NCBI GenBank assembly: GCA_035084275.1
Contig: CM068757.1
Span: forward strand, 2,976,001 to 3,040,000
Reading direction: 5' to 3'
Origin: Hydrolagus colliei
Taxonomy: Eukaryota
Length of the DNA stretch: 64,000 bases
Position numbers and translations under genes: made by a program. Position 1 is the first letter of the stretch; each line of letters starts with the position of its first letter. A model generated the notes under the pieces. It did no database searches. It had not been told where the DNA came from and saw only the letters and a program-made list of their open reading frames with translations. Positions 1-13,306 of the stretch are shown one piece after another.

Positions 1-625
1 GGACTTTACTCCATGCGAAGCACGCTGGACAAATTGATTGGAGTAACAATGGTCTTTCAGGAGACCTAAATCAATCTGCCTGAAAATGTGTATCTTGGGT
101 GCCACTAGTCCTCATATGGATGTCTTGCCATGGAGTCGGGGAGATGCTCTGGTGTGCAAGTGACAGCAGCAGTAAAATTAAGCTCTGCACCACGAGGGCA
201 GGGTAGCTTAGCTGTAAAGGTTTGGCCGTTGAAGCCATTGCTCTTTGATCAGCTCCTAGCTCGGCATAATGAGCGTCTGCTGCGTGTAGCTTAGAAAAAT
301 CGATGTTGAAACCCGCTTGCGTGTGAGGCTGGTGAGTTCATTTGTTGCCATGTGAACCTGGGCCTTGGGAAGCACATGATGAGCTCTGGGAGATTCTTCT
401 CACTCTGCCTCTGACCTTTCCTCGTGCAACATTTACTTTTAAAGACCAATGGACGAGGCATCGATTTATGCTGGGGAAGAGCCTTTCAAACGGGCCTGCT
501 AATATACTGTGACAGGCAGCTATGTGATAATTTATTTCAATCAATTTTCTCTTTACTGTCGAGGGAAATATTCTTAAAGTGAACGCTCATGTGTCAAAGA
601 AAATCCTGTTGGTGTTGAAGAAGTC

Positions 626-929
626 GTGGAGTACTGTGGTTAGAGCTCAGTAGTTAGAGTACTCGCCTTACAAGCGAGAGACCTGGATTCAATTCCAGAC
701 AGGGTGAAACCTTGGGCAAGTTTCCTTACTCCCTTAATAACAATCCCTCCCCCCCAAAAATTGGTCATTTCAATTCACAACTGTTTGTGAGAAACTGCTG
801 TGCACAATTGACTGCCATGTTTCACCCACAGATAAACAGTCAATTCACTTTGCAGTATATTCTGTGAAGCACTTTGAAATGTCTATAAGACATGAAAAGC
901 ACTATACCAAATGCAAGGATTATTATTAT
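626..929 (+). mobile_element. Full-length tRNA-derived SINE (dominant family)
   Basis: A-box-like agctcagtagttagag and B-box-like ggattcaattcc, family body, tail ...aaagcactataccaaatgcaaggattattatt; small duplication in the head. Confidence 0.9.
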
Positions 930-1131
930 GAAGAAACTAAAGCCCGAGATTCACTTGATCTTAGCCTTGAGACGGTTTTGACTCAAAATTCAGTTGTGCA
1001 GAATTGTGGCAAATCTTCAATTCAGTCATGAAATAGAAGCAGTTTTTTCTCTCATAAAAAGTTCACTGTTAAGTATTAGTAACTGTTAACCTGGAGGATT
1101 GATGGCCAGCAGAATCTCTCATCCCTTTATT

Positions 1132-1367
1132 AAGTTTCCTTACTCCAAATGCCTAATAATAATCCCTCAAAAAAAACACACAATAATAAAATTGGATCAT
1201 TTCAATCCACAACTGTTTGTGGGACACTGCTGTGTGCAATTGGCTGCCACGTTTTGCCCACAAATATACAGTCAATTCACTTTACAGTATATTCTGTGAA
1301 ACGCTTTGAGATGTCGATAAGATGTGAAAAGCGCTATATCAAATGCGAGAATTATTATTATTATTAT
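1132..1367 (+). mobile_element. 5'-truncated copy of the dominant SINE
   Basis: Aligns by eye to 718-929; ends in (TTA)n. Confidence 0.9.
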
Positions 1368-3768
1368 GAATGGTTTTCTGGGATAGTTAACATCTTCTAT
1401 AACTGAAGTTTTAATGCCTCTGCTGAAAGGATACATTTTCCTCCAGTAATGTGCTATAATCTCAAGTCCTGGCAATGGGGAATGAATTCATAACCTTCTG
1501 ATCTAGAAGCAAAAGTGCTACCAATGCAGCCAAAACACAATAAGCAATTTGTTTCACAGGATCTGTAAAATGAAGATTCATAAAAGGCTGTTGAATAAAA
1601 CACCTCATGAACCACTTTAGTTAAAGGTTCGTGCGATGGCATTCATTTGATGTCATCACAACTTCACTCTACAGCAAGATCTTGGGGATGATAAGTGATT
1701 GTGTGTTATAGTGGAGTGAAATACGAATGAATACCAACCAAAGTGGTACAAGACAGTGTAGATCCAACTGATCATTCACATCTGATGCTCATATATGTAA
1801 GCTAACAACAAAACAAAATTACATTTATAGAGCGCCTTTCACGTCAGGAGAATGTCCCAAGGCTCTCCCAAGACATGTGCTGGGCACTATTTCCCATTTC
1901 TAATATTTCAAGGCTAAAATTCACATCTTAAATGAAATATTCTATGGAAGAGCACAAACTCTCAAAATCCTGCAGAGTAAAACGCTCTCGTTTGTTCACA
2001 CTGAAGTCCCAATTTTCACCTTCATTCAAACAGAATGAATCAATATAAAAAAAATTTGAAGTCTTGTTAAGGTGAACAGCCTTGATTGTGTGCTGCTCTC
2101 TAGTGGATGGAGAAAAGCATTATTATTTTTTTTACTGCTGCTTCATTTCAACCAAGATTGAAGAACGCCAACCATATATAACATGGGATGAAATTCTGGC
2201 TGTACAAAATACACAGTCACTATACTTTACAGTAAATCCTATGAAGTGCTTTGGGAAATCATGCGTCATGATTGCAATGTGACTTTTATATCACATATTG
2301 CTGACACTCCAATTATCAATGCTTTTCAGTGACAACGGAATGACAGTCTTACCAAATAATGGAAGGTTACATTAATTTTTATTTACAATTAGATTTTTTT
2401 TAATTCCACTTATTAGAAACTGATAAACCCAGCTGGTGATGTTTAACTAAATTTCTATTTTTGACCGTCATATATGAGTAATATGCTAAAATTAAATGAG
2501 AAACATTCCCTACAGTGTGATGAACGCATTTCTGCTGAGCTCCCGAGCAGTCAGGCAAATGCATTTTAATAACCTGCTTTGACAAGTGAAAAGCCTTTTA
2601 AGATGAACCTATTCTGGATGCAACAAATTCTCAACCTCCCCTGAGACACTGGCATCATGCAATTCTTTCAACCAGCAAAAATCAATCGATTTATATAAAA
2701 CAAGATGCAGACCGAGAACCACAAAAGTACACAGAACTGCAGCAGCCGTGTTTTAGTCAGCAAGGGATCTGCTTGGCGAGGAATTTGAAATCAAAGGCTT
2801 TCTTGAATAGCGTTGGTGAGGGCTAGGTTGCTGAGCACTGCTGTAAGGATTTTCACTGTGAAAATAGCTTCTTTCCTGCAATCACGGTTACCAGCTCTTC
2901 AGGCCACATGTTTCGTGTTAGGTTCATTACTGAGACAGAGATTACCTATTTGCTGTAAATTTGACTAATAAATTAAATTTGTTTTTGGAGCTGTAGCATA
3001 CTCGGGCCTGTGCATACAGTGTGTTGGGGGTAGGGGAGGTCCCAAGAGTAGAGTAGAGGCTCAGCTGTTGTAGCTGTTTCATTCCGCCTCTCACTCTCTC
3101 TTGTGTGACAGTATTAATATTTTAATAACTTCTTCCTCTTCTGAGGCTGCCAAGCTATTCAGGCCATTCATGCCAAATCCTCACAGTCAGAGCAGCTTCC
3201 GCAGTAATCCAGGGAGTGTGATCAAAATAACATTCAAGATTTTATTCTCATTTAAACCTTTCAATCACGGTTGTTCTTTTAACACCAACAAAATTACATT
3301 TGTGTACCGCTTTTCAACATCTGCTGTAAAAAAATGCACTGCAAAATACTGAATAAAAGTTGAATATTCCAGTCAGTATTAGGCCCGAAGAAATATTTAT
3401 GTTACTTATAGTTCCCTAAGTCTGCTCTTTCTTCCTTGCTGTTAAATTCTCCTCATTTTATTTTCTATCACTGAATTGAAATATTTCCACAGATTAAAAA
3501 TTGAACTTGGAAGAAAAATCCAATCTATATAAGACGCCACAAGGGGCAAACAAACCAATGGTTTAAATGTATTTTGGGGGGCTACAAAGTATGAAACATT
3601 CTCATTTATTTCACTGAAAATTTGCTTTGCATGTTAGGGACAGAAGAGGAGGTGTGACAGTGAGAGAGTCTGAGAGTATGTGTGAGTTGTAAAGTCAGCC
3701 TCATTTCTAGAGCTTTTCTCAGATCACTTTGTCACAAAATTGCTTTTCCAAACATTAATTATAGAATT

Positions 3769-3975
3769 AATGATAATAATAAACCTTACATTTGATATAG
3801 CGCTTTTCACGACTTCTAGACGTCTCAAACCATTTCACAGAATATAGTGTAAGGGGAATTGACTGTATATTTGTGGGCGAAACTCGGTAGCCAATTGCAC
3901 ACAGCAGTGTCTCACAAACAGTCATGGATTGAAATGACCAATTTATTATAGTTTTTTTGGACAGATTATTATTAA
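3769..3975 (-). mobile_element. 5'-truncated copy of the dominant SINE
   Basis: Reverse-complement tail catttgatatagcgcttttcacgacttctagacgtctcaa and body. Confidence 0.88.
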
Positions 3976-4065
3976 AACATATATACTACTGTAAACTTCC
4001 ATTGATAAATAATCTTTATAATAAGTTCATATTATTCCCATAGCTGTCCGCGATTTCTGTTCAAC

Positions 4066-4232
4066 ATGCTCCAGCCTGCTCCACGCCTGGCGTGTCCCAT
4101 CATCAGCAGTCGAGCTTTCAGCCTATACGCCCCCACCTTTTGGATTTCCATCCCACCTTCCGTTCGCCTTCCTCCCTCCCTTGCCTCCTTCAAGGCACGT
4201 CTCGAGACCCTCTTCCTTGGCCGTACATTCAA
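4066..4232 (+). mobile_element. L2-clade LINE ORF2 C-terminal fragment
   Basis: Translates SRAFSLYAPTFWISIPPSVRLPPSLASFKARLETLFL, matching the RAFSxxAPxLWNxLPxxIRxxxSLxxFKxxLKTxLF end of L2/CR1-group ORF2. Confidence 0.75.
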
Positions 4233-7200
4233 ACTTCATCTTGTTTCGATTCCAGTGAAAACAAATGAAATATTTTATTAGGGTTGTGATTTTAATGGGT
4301 TATTTCAGGTGCATCTAAATCTTCAGAAACTGGATCGGACAGGAAACATCAACCCACGTGAATGCTGAAAATAGCAGCCTGTCTAAAGTCCTGTTCCCTG
4401 GATACCGTGGTTGAATTTGTGCATAAGTTGGAGTCCTGAAGTCCAGTGTAAAATGAGAAATGCTGTCTGCTATTATTTGCTGTGTGCCACAAGCCCATCA
4501 GCTCACATTGTTCTGGAGCCTTTATTCTGCACTGAGACAGTTCTGCGGGACAAGGTCAAAGGCAAAGTTTCAGCTGACTCCCATGGCAATTTGAACAAGT
4601 CAGAGATAATAACTGTGAAGTATGGCCCAGAGGTTTGGGGGTCAAAGTTTGCACATCCACTACAATTATCTCTTCTCTTCAATAAGAACACAAATAACTA
4701 AAAATCCCACCAGAAATAGCCAAATAGTTTTTATTTCTCGTAGCATTTTTCAAATTAAAATGGTTACTGCCTCTCACCTTCCCCAAGTTTTAAAATTATA
4801 AGCAAATGCAAGGATTATTATTATTATTATTATAAGCAGTGGTTACCAGGACCTTCCATCCAGTGTTGAAAGTTTACATTGTTGTATGTGTGTTTCCTGC
4901 AATGCCAATGATAACATTTTATACTGAGTTGTGAAGGATCTTTTGCCTTTCAACAGCTATTAAATTCTTTAGTAGTCCGCAAAACAATTAAGATTCTGAT
5001 GGGTTTATTATCCATTTTCTATCCTGTGTAGAGGTTATTCCCTTCCATCTCATCTATTCATATAACTTCAGTTGGCATTCTTACCCCAGATCTATATTCT
5101 GTTGCTGTACTTTTCCAGGTTCTACTGACAACCATCTTAGTGAACCACAAGCAGAAAAGAGCAACTGAACGATAGACAAAAGAACAGCATCACGGAAATA
5201 AATAGTAACGCCCTGGATGATCCCTGCACCAAACACTGTATCAGTTATGTTTTACTGAAAACCAGTCCTGAACTACATGAAGTTAACAATATCATAAAGG
5301 GATTAGTGATAAAACTTCAAATGGTCACTTTCCTGCACTTGGGTTAAAGCACATGACATGTTTACTGTATTTTTACTGTGCACTGGGACTATTGAGTACC
5401 GAAGAATGTCTAATAAAACCACTTCAGCTTTCTTTATATTTCAAATCATCTTTATGTTCTTGCTGGTGGAATTAATTGATTTGAGGACATTTAAGGCCAC
5501 AACAAAGGCCTAAACAAATGCTGATTCCTGATAGTTGAGGCTTGCCAGTGAGTGTTGAAAGTATTTAGCCATAGACATCACGTCTACAAGAACCAATTCT
5601 GTTCTCTCACTCACAGCCTACACAACCACACGATCACGATGGCCTGGGTATGCGGGAAAATGATCAATTTCCCAAGTTCCCTGTGAATGGCTTCCGATGC
5701 TAAGTTCTATTTAAGCGTGACAAAGTTTTTAAACACATGGATATTTTTATGTTTTATGGCACCTCACCCCACCCCCCACAAATCAGTGCCCGCACAAATC
5801 GGTGCCCCTATTTTATAGGACAATCCTGAGCTCTTTTGGGGGAGCCAGTCTGTCACATGCACACGCAGAAACAGACATTGTTGGATTGTATTTGCACTGA
5901 GTAGAAACTCTGGCCTTTTTTTCTCGTGACTCACATAGAACCACTGAGGTTAGCTTTAGCACTCTTACAGTTGTCCTTTCTGCAAACTAAAGTAGCACAA
6001 ATCCCTCTTGAAAGATCTGTCAGACTTCTGAATTTTGCAAAATATATTTTCAAACATTAGGAGTGTATATTGTTAAGTGCCTTTGATGACATATGATGGT
6101 ATAATTTTATGTGTGATTTTTTTTCAATAGTGAAATATTGTTCTTTCTCCATTTACAATTCCAATGTTTAATTTCCAATTTATTTCAATTGGGAATTGAA
6201 ATGGATGTATTTTAAAGGAGATTTAGCACTAATTGCAACCATGTCTAACCTGAAAGGTCATCAATAGTGAATAATAAGGTGCTTTTCTCATGTTCCACTG
6301 TGCAATCTAGTTCTAAAAATTCTGAAGTGAGCAGCTAGGATTCAAATTTAAAAATAGTTTACCATTAGATTGTTGTACTTCTAAAAATACTCCTTATATA
6401 TCATATAACTGAAAGGAATTCAGAATGGGACTCTGAACACAGGACGTGTGCGACCACACCCTCCACACATGTAGAAAATAAGTCAACAAGTTTGCTAATA
6501 TAATATATAATAATTCATAATATACATATATGTAGAACAATTGGCCAATTCTTTAACTTGAAAATGTAATATTATTTTGACTTCTAGTTTTGCAGGCAGT
6601 CAAAAGGCACTATACAAATGTAATTTTGTTTTGTTGCAGTATTATAATATTTGTTTTGTATTTGAGACACTGCATTATCACATCATTGAGGTACCTCAGA
6701 GTGCTTCATAGGATTTTACTGTGAAGAGTGACGATTGGCAAATATTGTTTGTTTAAGAATAAATGTCTGTTTCCCTAGAACTAAAAAAGCACCGAAACCT
6801 TTGCTGAAAAGCTTTTATTTTCAAATGACAGTGGACCTTTTCCCCAGAATAAAATGATCCCATTAATAACTAATCTAAAATGTATTATCAACCAAAGGTC
6901 ATATTTGATCTTTATGTAGATCTTAAGATTTTCTGAAAAAATGCACAATCACCACAGTAAATCCTGTGAAACCCATTGAGACATTTTGACAATGTGATAA
7001 GGCATTACATTAAATGCAACGATTATTTATTGTCATATCTTTTAAAAAATAACTCCTTTTTGAAGGATTTACTTCATCTGAATGCCAAACCTCAGTAGAA
7101 ATGAAGACAGTAGCTAAACGACACTGACTGAGACAGACATTTGGCAGTAAGCCTTGAATGCAGCAGCTTTCTGACATGCAGGTTGGATATTTTATTATTC

Positions 7201-10200
7201 CAATATTCCTTCAGGGCAGGTGACCCAACCAGTTTGCTGGAGCACAATAATAGGCTTGTAATTCCCTAGCTTCTGCAGCATATCAGAAGTAAGCATTTCA
7301 TTGCGCTGAAGGTCCATTTCCAACAGCTGCTTGATGAGTAATTAATGACAGATTGTTGTATTTTATACTGAAGGATGAAGCACAAAGCTTGATTAAAAAT
7401 CAGAAAGCTGCTGGATCTGTGACTGAGCATGCGCTCAAAGGCTAAATATCAGCAATGTATCATTAATGAAAACCTGTAGAACATGCAGTTGCAGTCAGTC
7501 ATATTTTCATGAATAATGCAGCTCACTACACTGCCAATTTGCAGGGGATTTTTTGAAACACAGAGGAAACACAATCTGTATGTTAAGAAACAATTTATCC
7601 CAAATGAATTCTGTTCAAGGGCAGAAATCTCAAGACTTCTCTTGCAGACGACACCTAGTGAAACCTCTGGATTTCATTTCATTATTAACAAATCCATTTG
7701 ATTTCACCAGTGAAGGATATCATAGTATGCATAGAATGAATCTCTCAATTGGATTTGACTGCAATTGAATTATACAGAGGATAATAGCTAACCAGGAGTG
7801 AATTACAAATGATAGCAAAATCAAGATTTCTTGATAACTGTGAGAGTAATCTCTACCCTAAACAGCAATCATTATTTGCAACATATCCAAAGTTCTTTCT
7901 GGTTAGTATCTCCTTCCTCCATCATTACTGTTTGTAATGTGTCCATCTGCTGTTTGATTTTTCCTGTTCATAGCTGGAGCTTTCTCAGAAATTTAAGAAA
8001 AAGATAAGCCAGTGTTTCATATTCCATGTTGCAGGAATATTAAATGTTTGGGGACATATTATTTGTAAATTAATTGTAAAGCTTGTCACTTTTGTGTTTA
8101 TTTTGGAACAAAGCCTTTTCTTGTTTTGTGCTTTGTGTTCAATATTTCACTCTTTTTGTCTTTTCAGTGAATTAATGGAGAACTTCTTAGAGAACTTCTG
8201 GCTGAAGGATGCCATCAGCCACTACTATCCCAGACATATATATAATAGGTTGTGCTTCAAAATGAACTAAATAAGGCAGTTTTTCAAATACTCCATGAGA
8301 AGGCCCTTTTCTGAATTTCTAAGATGTATTTCAGCACTTTGAACACTATCAGAATGTGTACATTTTGCATGAAGATTTTACAAAAACTCAAACATTAACA
8401 ACAAAATTACATTTGTATAGCGCCTTTCACATTGGGTTGAATCAAATAGAAGAATCATGTATAAATGCATCACTTTTTGCTCTACAGAACTGTACAGTGT
8501 AATTTCAGGACTCAAAGGGTTTTGAGACATTGGATGTTCATTATCAGACTCTAAATTGTTTGCACAGTGAGACTTTTGCACCTGAGATTGTTGATGTTCA
8601 ATTTTAATCGAGTTTATTTGACATTTTGTATTGTGCTTCTCATTATAAGACAAAACTGTATGGCTTCCAAAGGACTGTTTAATGAGGGTGCAATGTATGC
8701 ATGGTCGGGGATCTGCATCCACTCCTAATTGTGCATCTGAGTCTAGCTCGAAGTATTAATCACTGTGATAAAATGGCTTCCATCCACATGAGACCAATTT
8801 GCACATTCACTCCTTGATGTACAAATGTGTCACTGGCCCTGTTTAAAGTATTGGTTGCTCATAGATGGTGTCGCCATGGCGATACCTGAGGCTACCATCT
8901 GTCTGTTGCCTGGGAAAATTAATCCTGTAGATTCTTTAATTGATCTTGTTGATAATGAATAATTAATTTCAGAGTCTAATTAGCACATGACGGCCCAGAT
9001 TTAATGTACCTGTGAGGCAGTGTTAGAAAAGAATTTTATTTTGATCCACTAATACATATGGTTTATTATTAGATATTGCTTTCTGCTGTCATGCAAAATT
9101 AAAAAAAATTCTGAGCACGGGAAACAAAGGGGTGTGTATCCAGACAAATCTACCCAGCAGCCATTTTTAAGGTCAGCATTTGTGTATTGGGGGATTTTCA
9201 GCCTAACAATCAATGGAACAACTAAGCAAGTCTGATTGCCCACTTCACATAATATCTTAGCCACGGTTGCAACTTTGGACTGCAACAAACATCACATTTG
9301 CAGTAATACACATTGTATTATGGCTTCAAGATTTTTATATTCAATTAAAAATAAAATAGTTATAATATGAGAAGTAATCACTCATTGTTGTTTTGCCTTC
9401 CTTTGTGGATAAACATGGCTAAATGCCTCAAACTGCCTCCTTAAATTAAAGATATAAAAGACTTAGTAATGTGTGACTATTGTGAATGATTGTGCTATTG
9501 TTTTTTTCTGCAAACAGAATAACAAGTTTATTTCAGAATTTAATCCCTCAGGCTTTATAGTGTAACACCTTAGTGGCAAATAGTTTCAATTCCAAAGATA
9601 CCAGTTTATACAAAAAAAGTTGCTTAATCTATTGAGGCACATAACACTAATTGCCCCAACCATTTTGAGTGTAGTTAGTAGAGCCGAGTCCTTGACTTCT
9701 TCCTGTTGTGTTTGTTTGCTTGCTTTATCCTTATCCAAGTCAGTCTTCCAAAAGGGGCTTTTTCAGCCTGATTATTCCAGTTCTGTCAGTCACATCCAAA
9801 AGGTTCAGCATTCTTTCCCTTTCACACATGCACCTGAATCTGTTGTTGTTTTGTTGCCAACTCCCTTGTAGCTTTGTGTTAAGACAACAGCAGATGTGCT
9901 CATCTAACACTGTCCACTGGTTAAAAAAATGAATTAACAGGTGCTTCACGAGACACCACCTCGTATGAAAGGCGCTCTATAAATGCAAATCGTTGTTGTT
10001 ATTTGGCTCACCTTAATCCATGCACAATTTCTGATCGAGAAGCCAAGTGAGACCTGGGTGATATTTTCAGCTGGCAGTGTGACTCTGTAACCAGCCACCA
10101 GGAGGTGCTTGACAGTAGCACAGAACTGCTTCACTTTCCAATATTCTTTCCTCAAAGTCCCTAAGTGCCTCCTTCAGCAATCCTTAATCATATTTGGAAT

Positions 10201-10568
10201 CGAGCGTGTGAATCTACCTATAAACTGTTCTGTGTCAAAATGCAGCTTCTCTTTCAATCCAAAAAGAATCATGCTGTACCTTTAATTTTCTGTTTCCAGC
10301 AGATGTTGATTCTTACATTGAACCAGGAGACTGCACTAATTCGATGTTTTGCACCTGAATTGAAAGCACTTTCAATACTGAAACAAAATACTTAAACATT
10401 GAGATGAAGCATTTCCACTATTTATTCGTCCATAAGCAGTCTTGTAGAGTTGAGATGAATGAAGATAAAAATATTTCATGGTCCCAGGTGCCAATTTCAT
10501 CATTTGAATGCAGGTTTGTCTTTATGCCAACATTACCTATAAATACTGATTATCACCGACACACTACA

Positions 10569-10870
10569 TAATAATAACAATCCTTGTATTTGATATGTCG
10601 CTTTTCACATCTTCTAGACGTCTCAAAGCGCTTCACAGAATACACTGTAAATTGAATTCACTGTATATTTTTAGGCAAAGCACAGGAGCAAATTGTGCAC
10701 AGCAGTGTCCCACAAACACTTCGTGGATTGAAAGGACCAATTATTTTTGAGGGATTATTATTAGGCACGTGGAGTAAGGAAACTTGCCCAAGGTTTCGTC
10801 CTGTGGGAATTGAACCCAGGTCTCTCACTTGCAAGGTGAGTGCTCTAACCACTGAGCTACAGGACTCCAC
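10569..10870 (-). mobile_element. Full-length tRNA-derived SINE (dominant family)
   Basis: Minus strand begins gtggagtcctgtagctcagtggttagagcactcaccttgcaag...gggttcaattccc (A and B boxes) and ends in (TTA)n. Confidence 0.92.
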
Positions 10871-11459
10871 ATTATATTACATGATAGTGTGAATAGTACC
10901 AACAAAATATGTTGGAAAGATGATATTTTTAAAATTATAACAGCATGTTTTGATAATGTCCTAAATTAAATTTGGGGAAATTTTAAATTAAAAGATGGGC
11001 CTGTTGTTTAGCATGAAAGCAAGCGTATCAATTAATTCAGAACTCAGCCATGCATAAATACTCGATTCACTGACAGATGGATTGCTGAATGTGTTCATTT
11101 TCATCTCTTAACATTTAAAATTTTGTTGCAGTGACATTTCATCTTTTGTAACAAGGAGAACGACAAGTTCTGTCTCTCGTGACATTAAGCTGCTGATGGA
11201 CGACCTTGGTCCCACTAATGATTTGATGATTGATCGTATGTTGTTAATACCTGACAGCAATCAATGGGGTTCTACCCAAGTCATTTGCATGTGTTGCCAG
11301 TACAATTAGAAATAAATTCTGTACATTAAAGATTGCATAATGGAGAACTCAGTTTAAAACACTGCCTGTTAACATTTATGCGAGTTTGTTATTTATGATT
11401 TCAGAAAAGCTTGTTGACATTGCCATAATAGGCCACGATATAACAAGGTATTATTATAC

Positions 11460-11790
11460 TATAATGACCGTTGCATCTGATATAGCACTTTATCATGTCT
11501 TTAGGATGTGTCAAAGCGCTTCACAAAATACACTCTAAAGTGAATTAACTGTGTATTTTGTGGGTGAAATCAGCAACTAATTGCACACAACAGTGTCCTA
11601 CAAACAGTAGTTGATTGAATTATTTCTTCGGAATTATTATCCACAGAAGGCGATCTGCCAATTGATTAACAACCGGGTTCCTATTTACTGCTAGGTACAG
11701 AGGCGTATAGGAAACTTGCCTAACATTTCACCCTGGCCTGGAATCAAACCCAGATCCATTCGCTTGTGAGGGGAGTGCTACTGGACTCCA
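11460..11790 (-). mobile_element. Diverged long-variant SINE with an extra internal segment
   Basis: Same head and tail as the dominant family but about 60 extra nt at roughly 11641-11702. Confidence 0.75.
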
Positions 11791-12707
11791 TAACTACTGG
11801 GATTTCAGTAATTTGTTCAGAAAACAACAAAAAATAAAATTTACAGACAAGTTTTGTTGTTTTCCAATTACCATCATATGAATAATTCATTTTGAACGAT
11901 CTATTTTTGAACTGTAAAACTTCAAGAATCAATACTTATATTTCCATGCTAGCTCAGCACATGCATTTTAATCATTGAGATGAAAGAAAATGGCAAATAC
12001 TGGAAATTTGAAAATCTTCAATAGGTTTTGATGAAGGATCTCAGCTGAAATATTAACCTTTCTTTCAGATGCAAAAGCCCGTTGTGTATTTCCATGTTTT
12101 GATGTATATTAGTCATTAATATTGAAATCAAATTCATAAATACAGCATTGCATATGGATGAGTCTGGATCAGGCATATAAAACAAAGACACCAATGCCAT
12201 CTTTTGGGGTGTCTGGGTTAGGCCACCCACGTTTTGTGAGTATTGATTCTTGAAGAACCTCGCTTGTAATGGAACCGCAAAGGAAAAGTATAATTTTTTT
12301 TCTCAAATTACCAAACTTACTAAAATGAATTTAGTTTTACTCAAAGCAAATCTTTTGTAACACTAACTAAAAAGTTAGAAAAGGGCAAATGTGTGTGGCT
12401 TCCATTTGGAAAAATTAAAAGATAACAGAATTGGATATTTATTCGCTATCCATTTACAAAATGTTATGAGTATATTTCAATATGTTGAGAAGATTCAATT
12501 GGAAGAAAAAGACACTCTAATAGCATCGGTTGTTAAGCGTTTTGTTGCATTGGACTATGGACTGTATAGTGGTAGGTGGGGCTTTTCTTATCTATGCACA
12601 ATGAATTCCTGACCTCAGTCTTTACTGTTACAAGTGTCAAGTAAATGGAAACCGTTTCTCAAGAGAAAATAATTTACAGTACAGTACCGTATCCCGACGT
12701 TGCTCTT

Positions 12708-12727
12708 GATCACCACCTAGTGGCTAT
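12708..12727 (-). promoter_or_regulatory. Candidate CTCF site
   Basis: Minus strand reads ATAGCCACTAGGTGGTGATC, close to the CTCF core CCASYAGRKGGCR, in a small CpG-retaining patch. Confidence 0.55.
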
Positions 12728-13300
12728 TTACTGGGCGGCGCAAGCAGAAGGCTTGTAGCTCCCTAATAAAATTTGATGGCTCATATATAATAGATTTCAA
12801 CTATTCTTTGGTTTTGTTGGGTTCTGATGCATGCCATTTGGTAAGAAAAATAATATTGAAACAAAGAGCCTTGCAGTTAGGAATTACTTCCAGAATTATA
12901 CTTCAAATAAAGTTAGCTGTCTTGAGCTATGTGGGTTCATTCTCCCATTATTTTTTTCTTGAACTATTCAATATTTTCTTGGGAATTATAATCTCTTTAA
13001 CCATTTAGACAATATGCATTCAGCAATGCAGTGCTTCCTGACCTGCTTAGCTGGGCATTAGTAACAGCACTGTAACAGATTGCAGAGAAATGCTGCTCAA
13101 TCTGAACCTACAATGCTGTGAATGTTCTACCCAAATTTTAGTTAGTTATACAAATGCTGGTTTAAAACAAACGTCATCAGCGATTCAGGCTTAAATTTGA
13201 ACAATATTTAATTATCAAAAAAAGTGAAATATGGCTCCAACTATATGAAGTGCAATTGTGACACGTGACTTAAACTATATCAATATAACAATAAATCGTT

Positions 13301-13306
13301 TTTATT
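13301..13306 (-). terminator. Candidate FANCF polyadenylation signal AATAAA
   Basis: tttatt on + reads AATAAA on the minus strand, about 820 nt past the FANCF stop, followed by T/GT-rich sequence on the minus strand. Confidence 0.45.

Noticed and set aside
3533-3550. CTCF-like gccacaaggggcaaa
   Set aside because: Core spacing is one base short of the consensus.
5778-5828. 16-nt direct repeat cacaaatc(a/g)gtgccc, possibly a DNA-transposon end
   Set aside because: No partner inverted repeat or target duplication found; a simple local duplication explains it.
10695-10892. Recurring ORF-track peptides such as MPNNNPSK, VCGTLLCAIG, YSVKRFE and ALTTELQD (also near 1149, 13870, 19505, 29067, 42535 and 49026)
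   Set aside because: They are translations of the repeated SINE, not a protein family.
1-13000. Exons of the expected neighbour gene (SLC17A6 in human synteny)
   Set aside because: No recognisable coding exon found by eye or in the ORF track.
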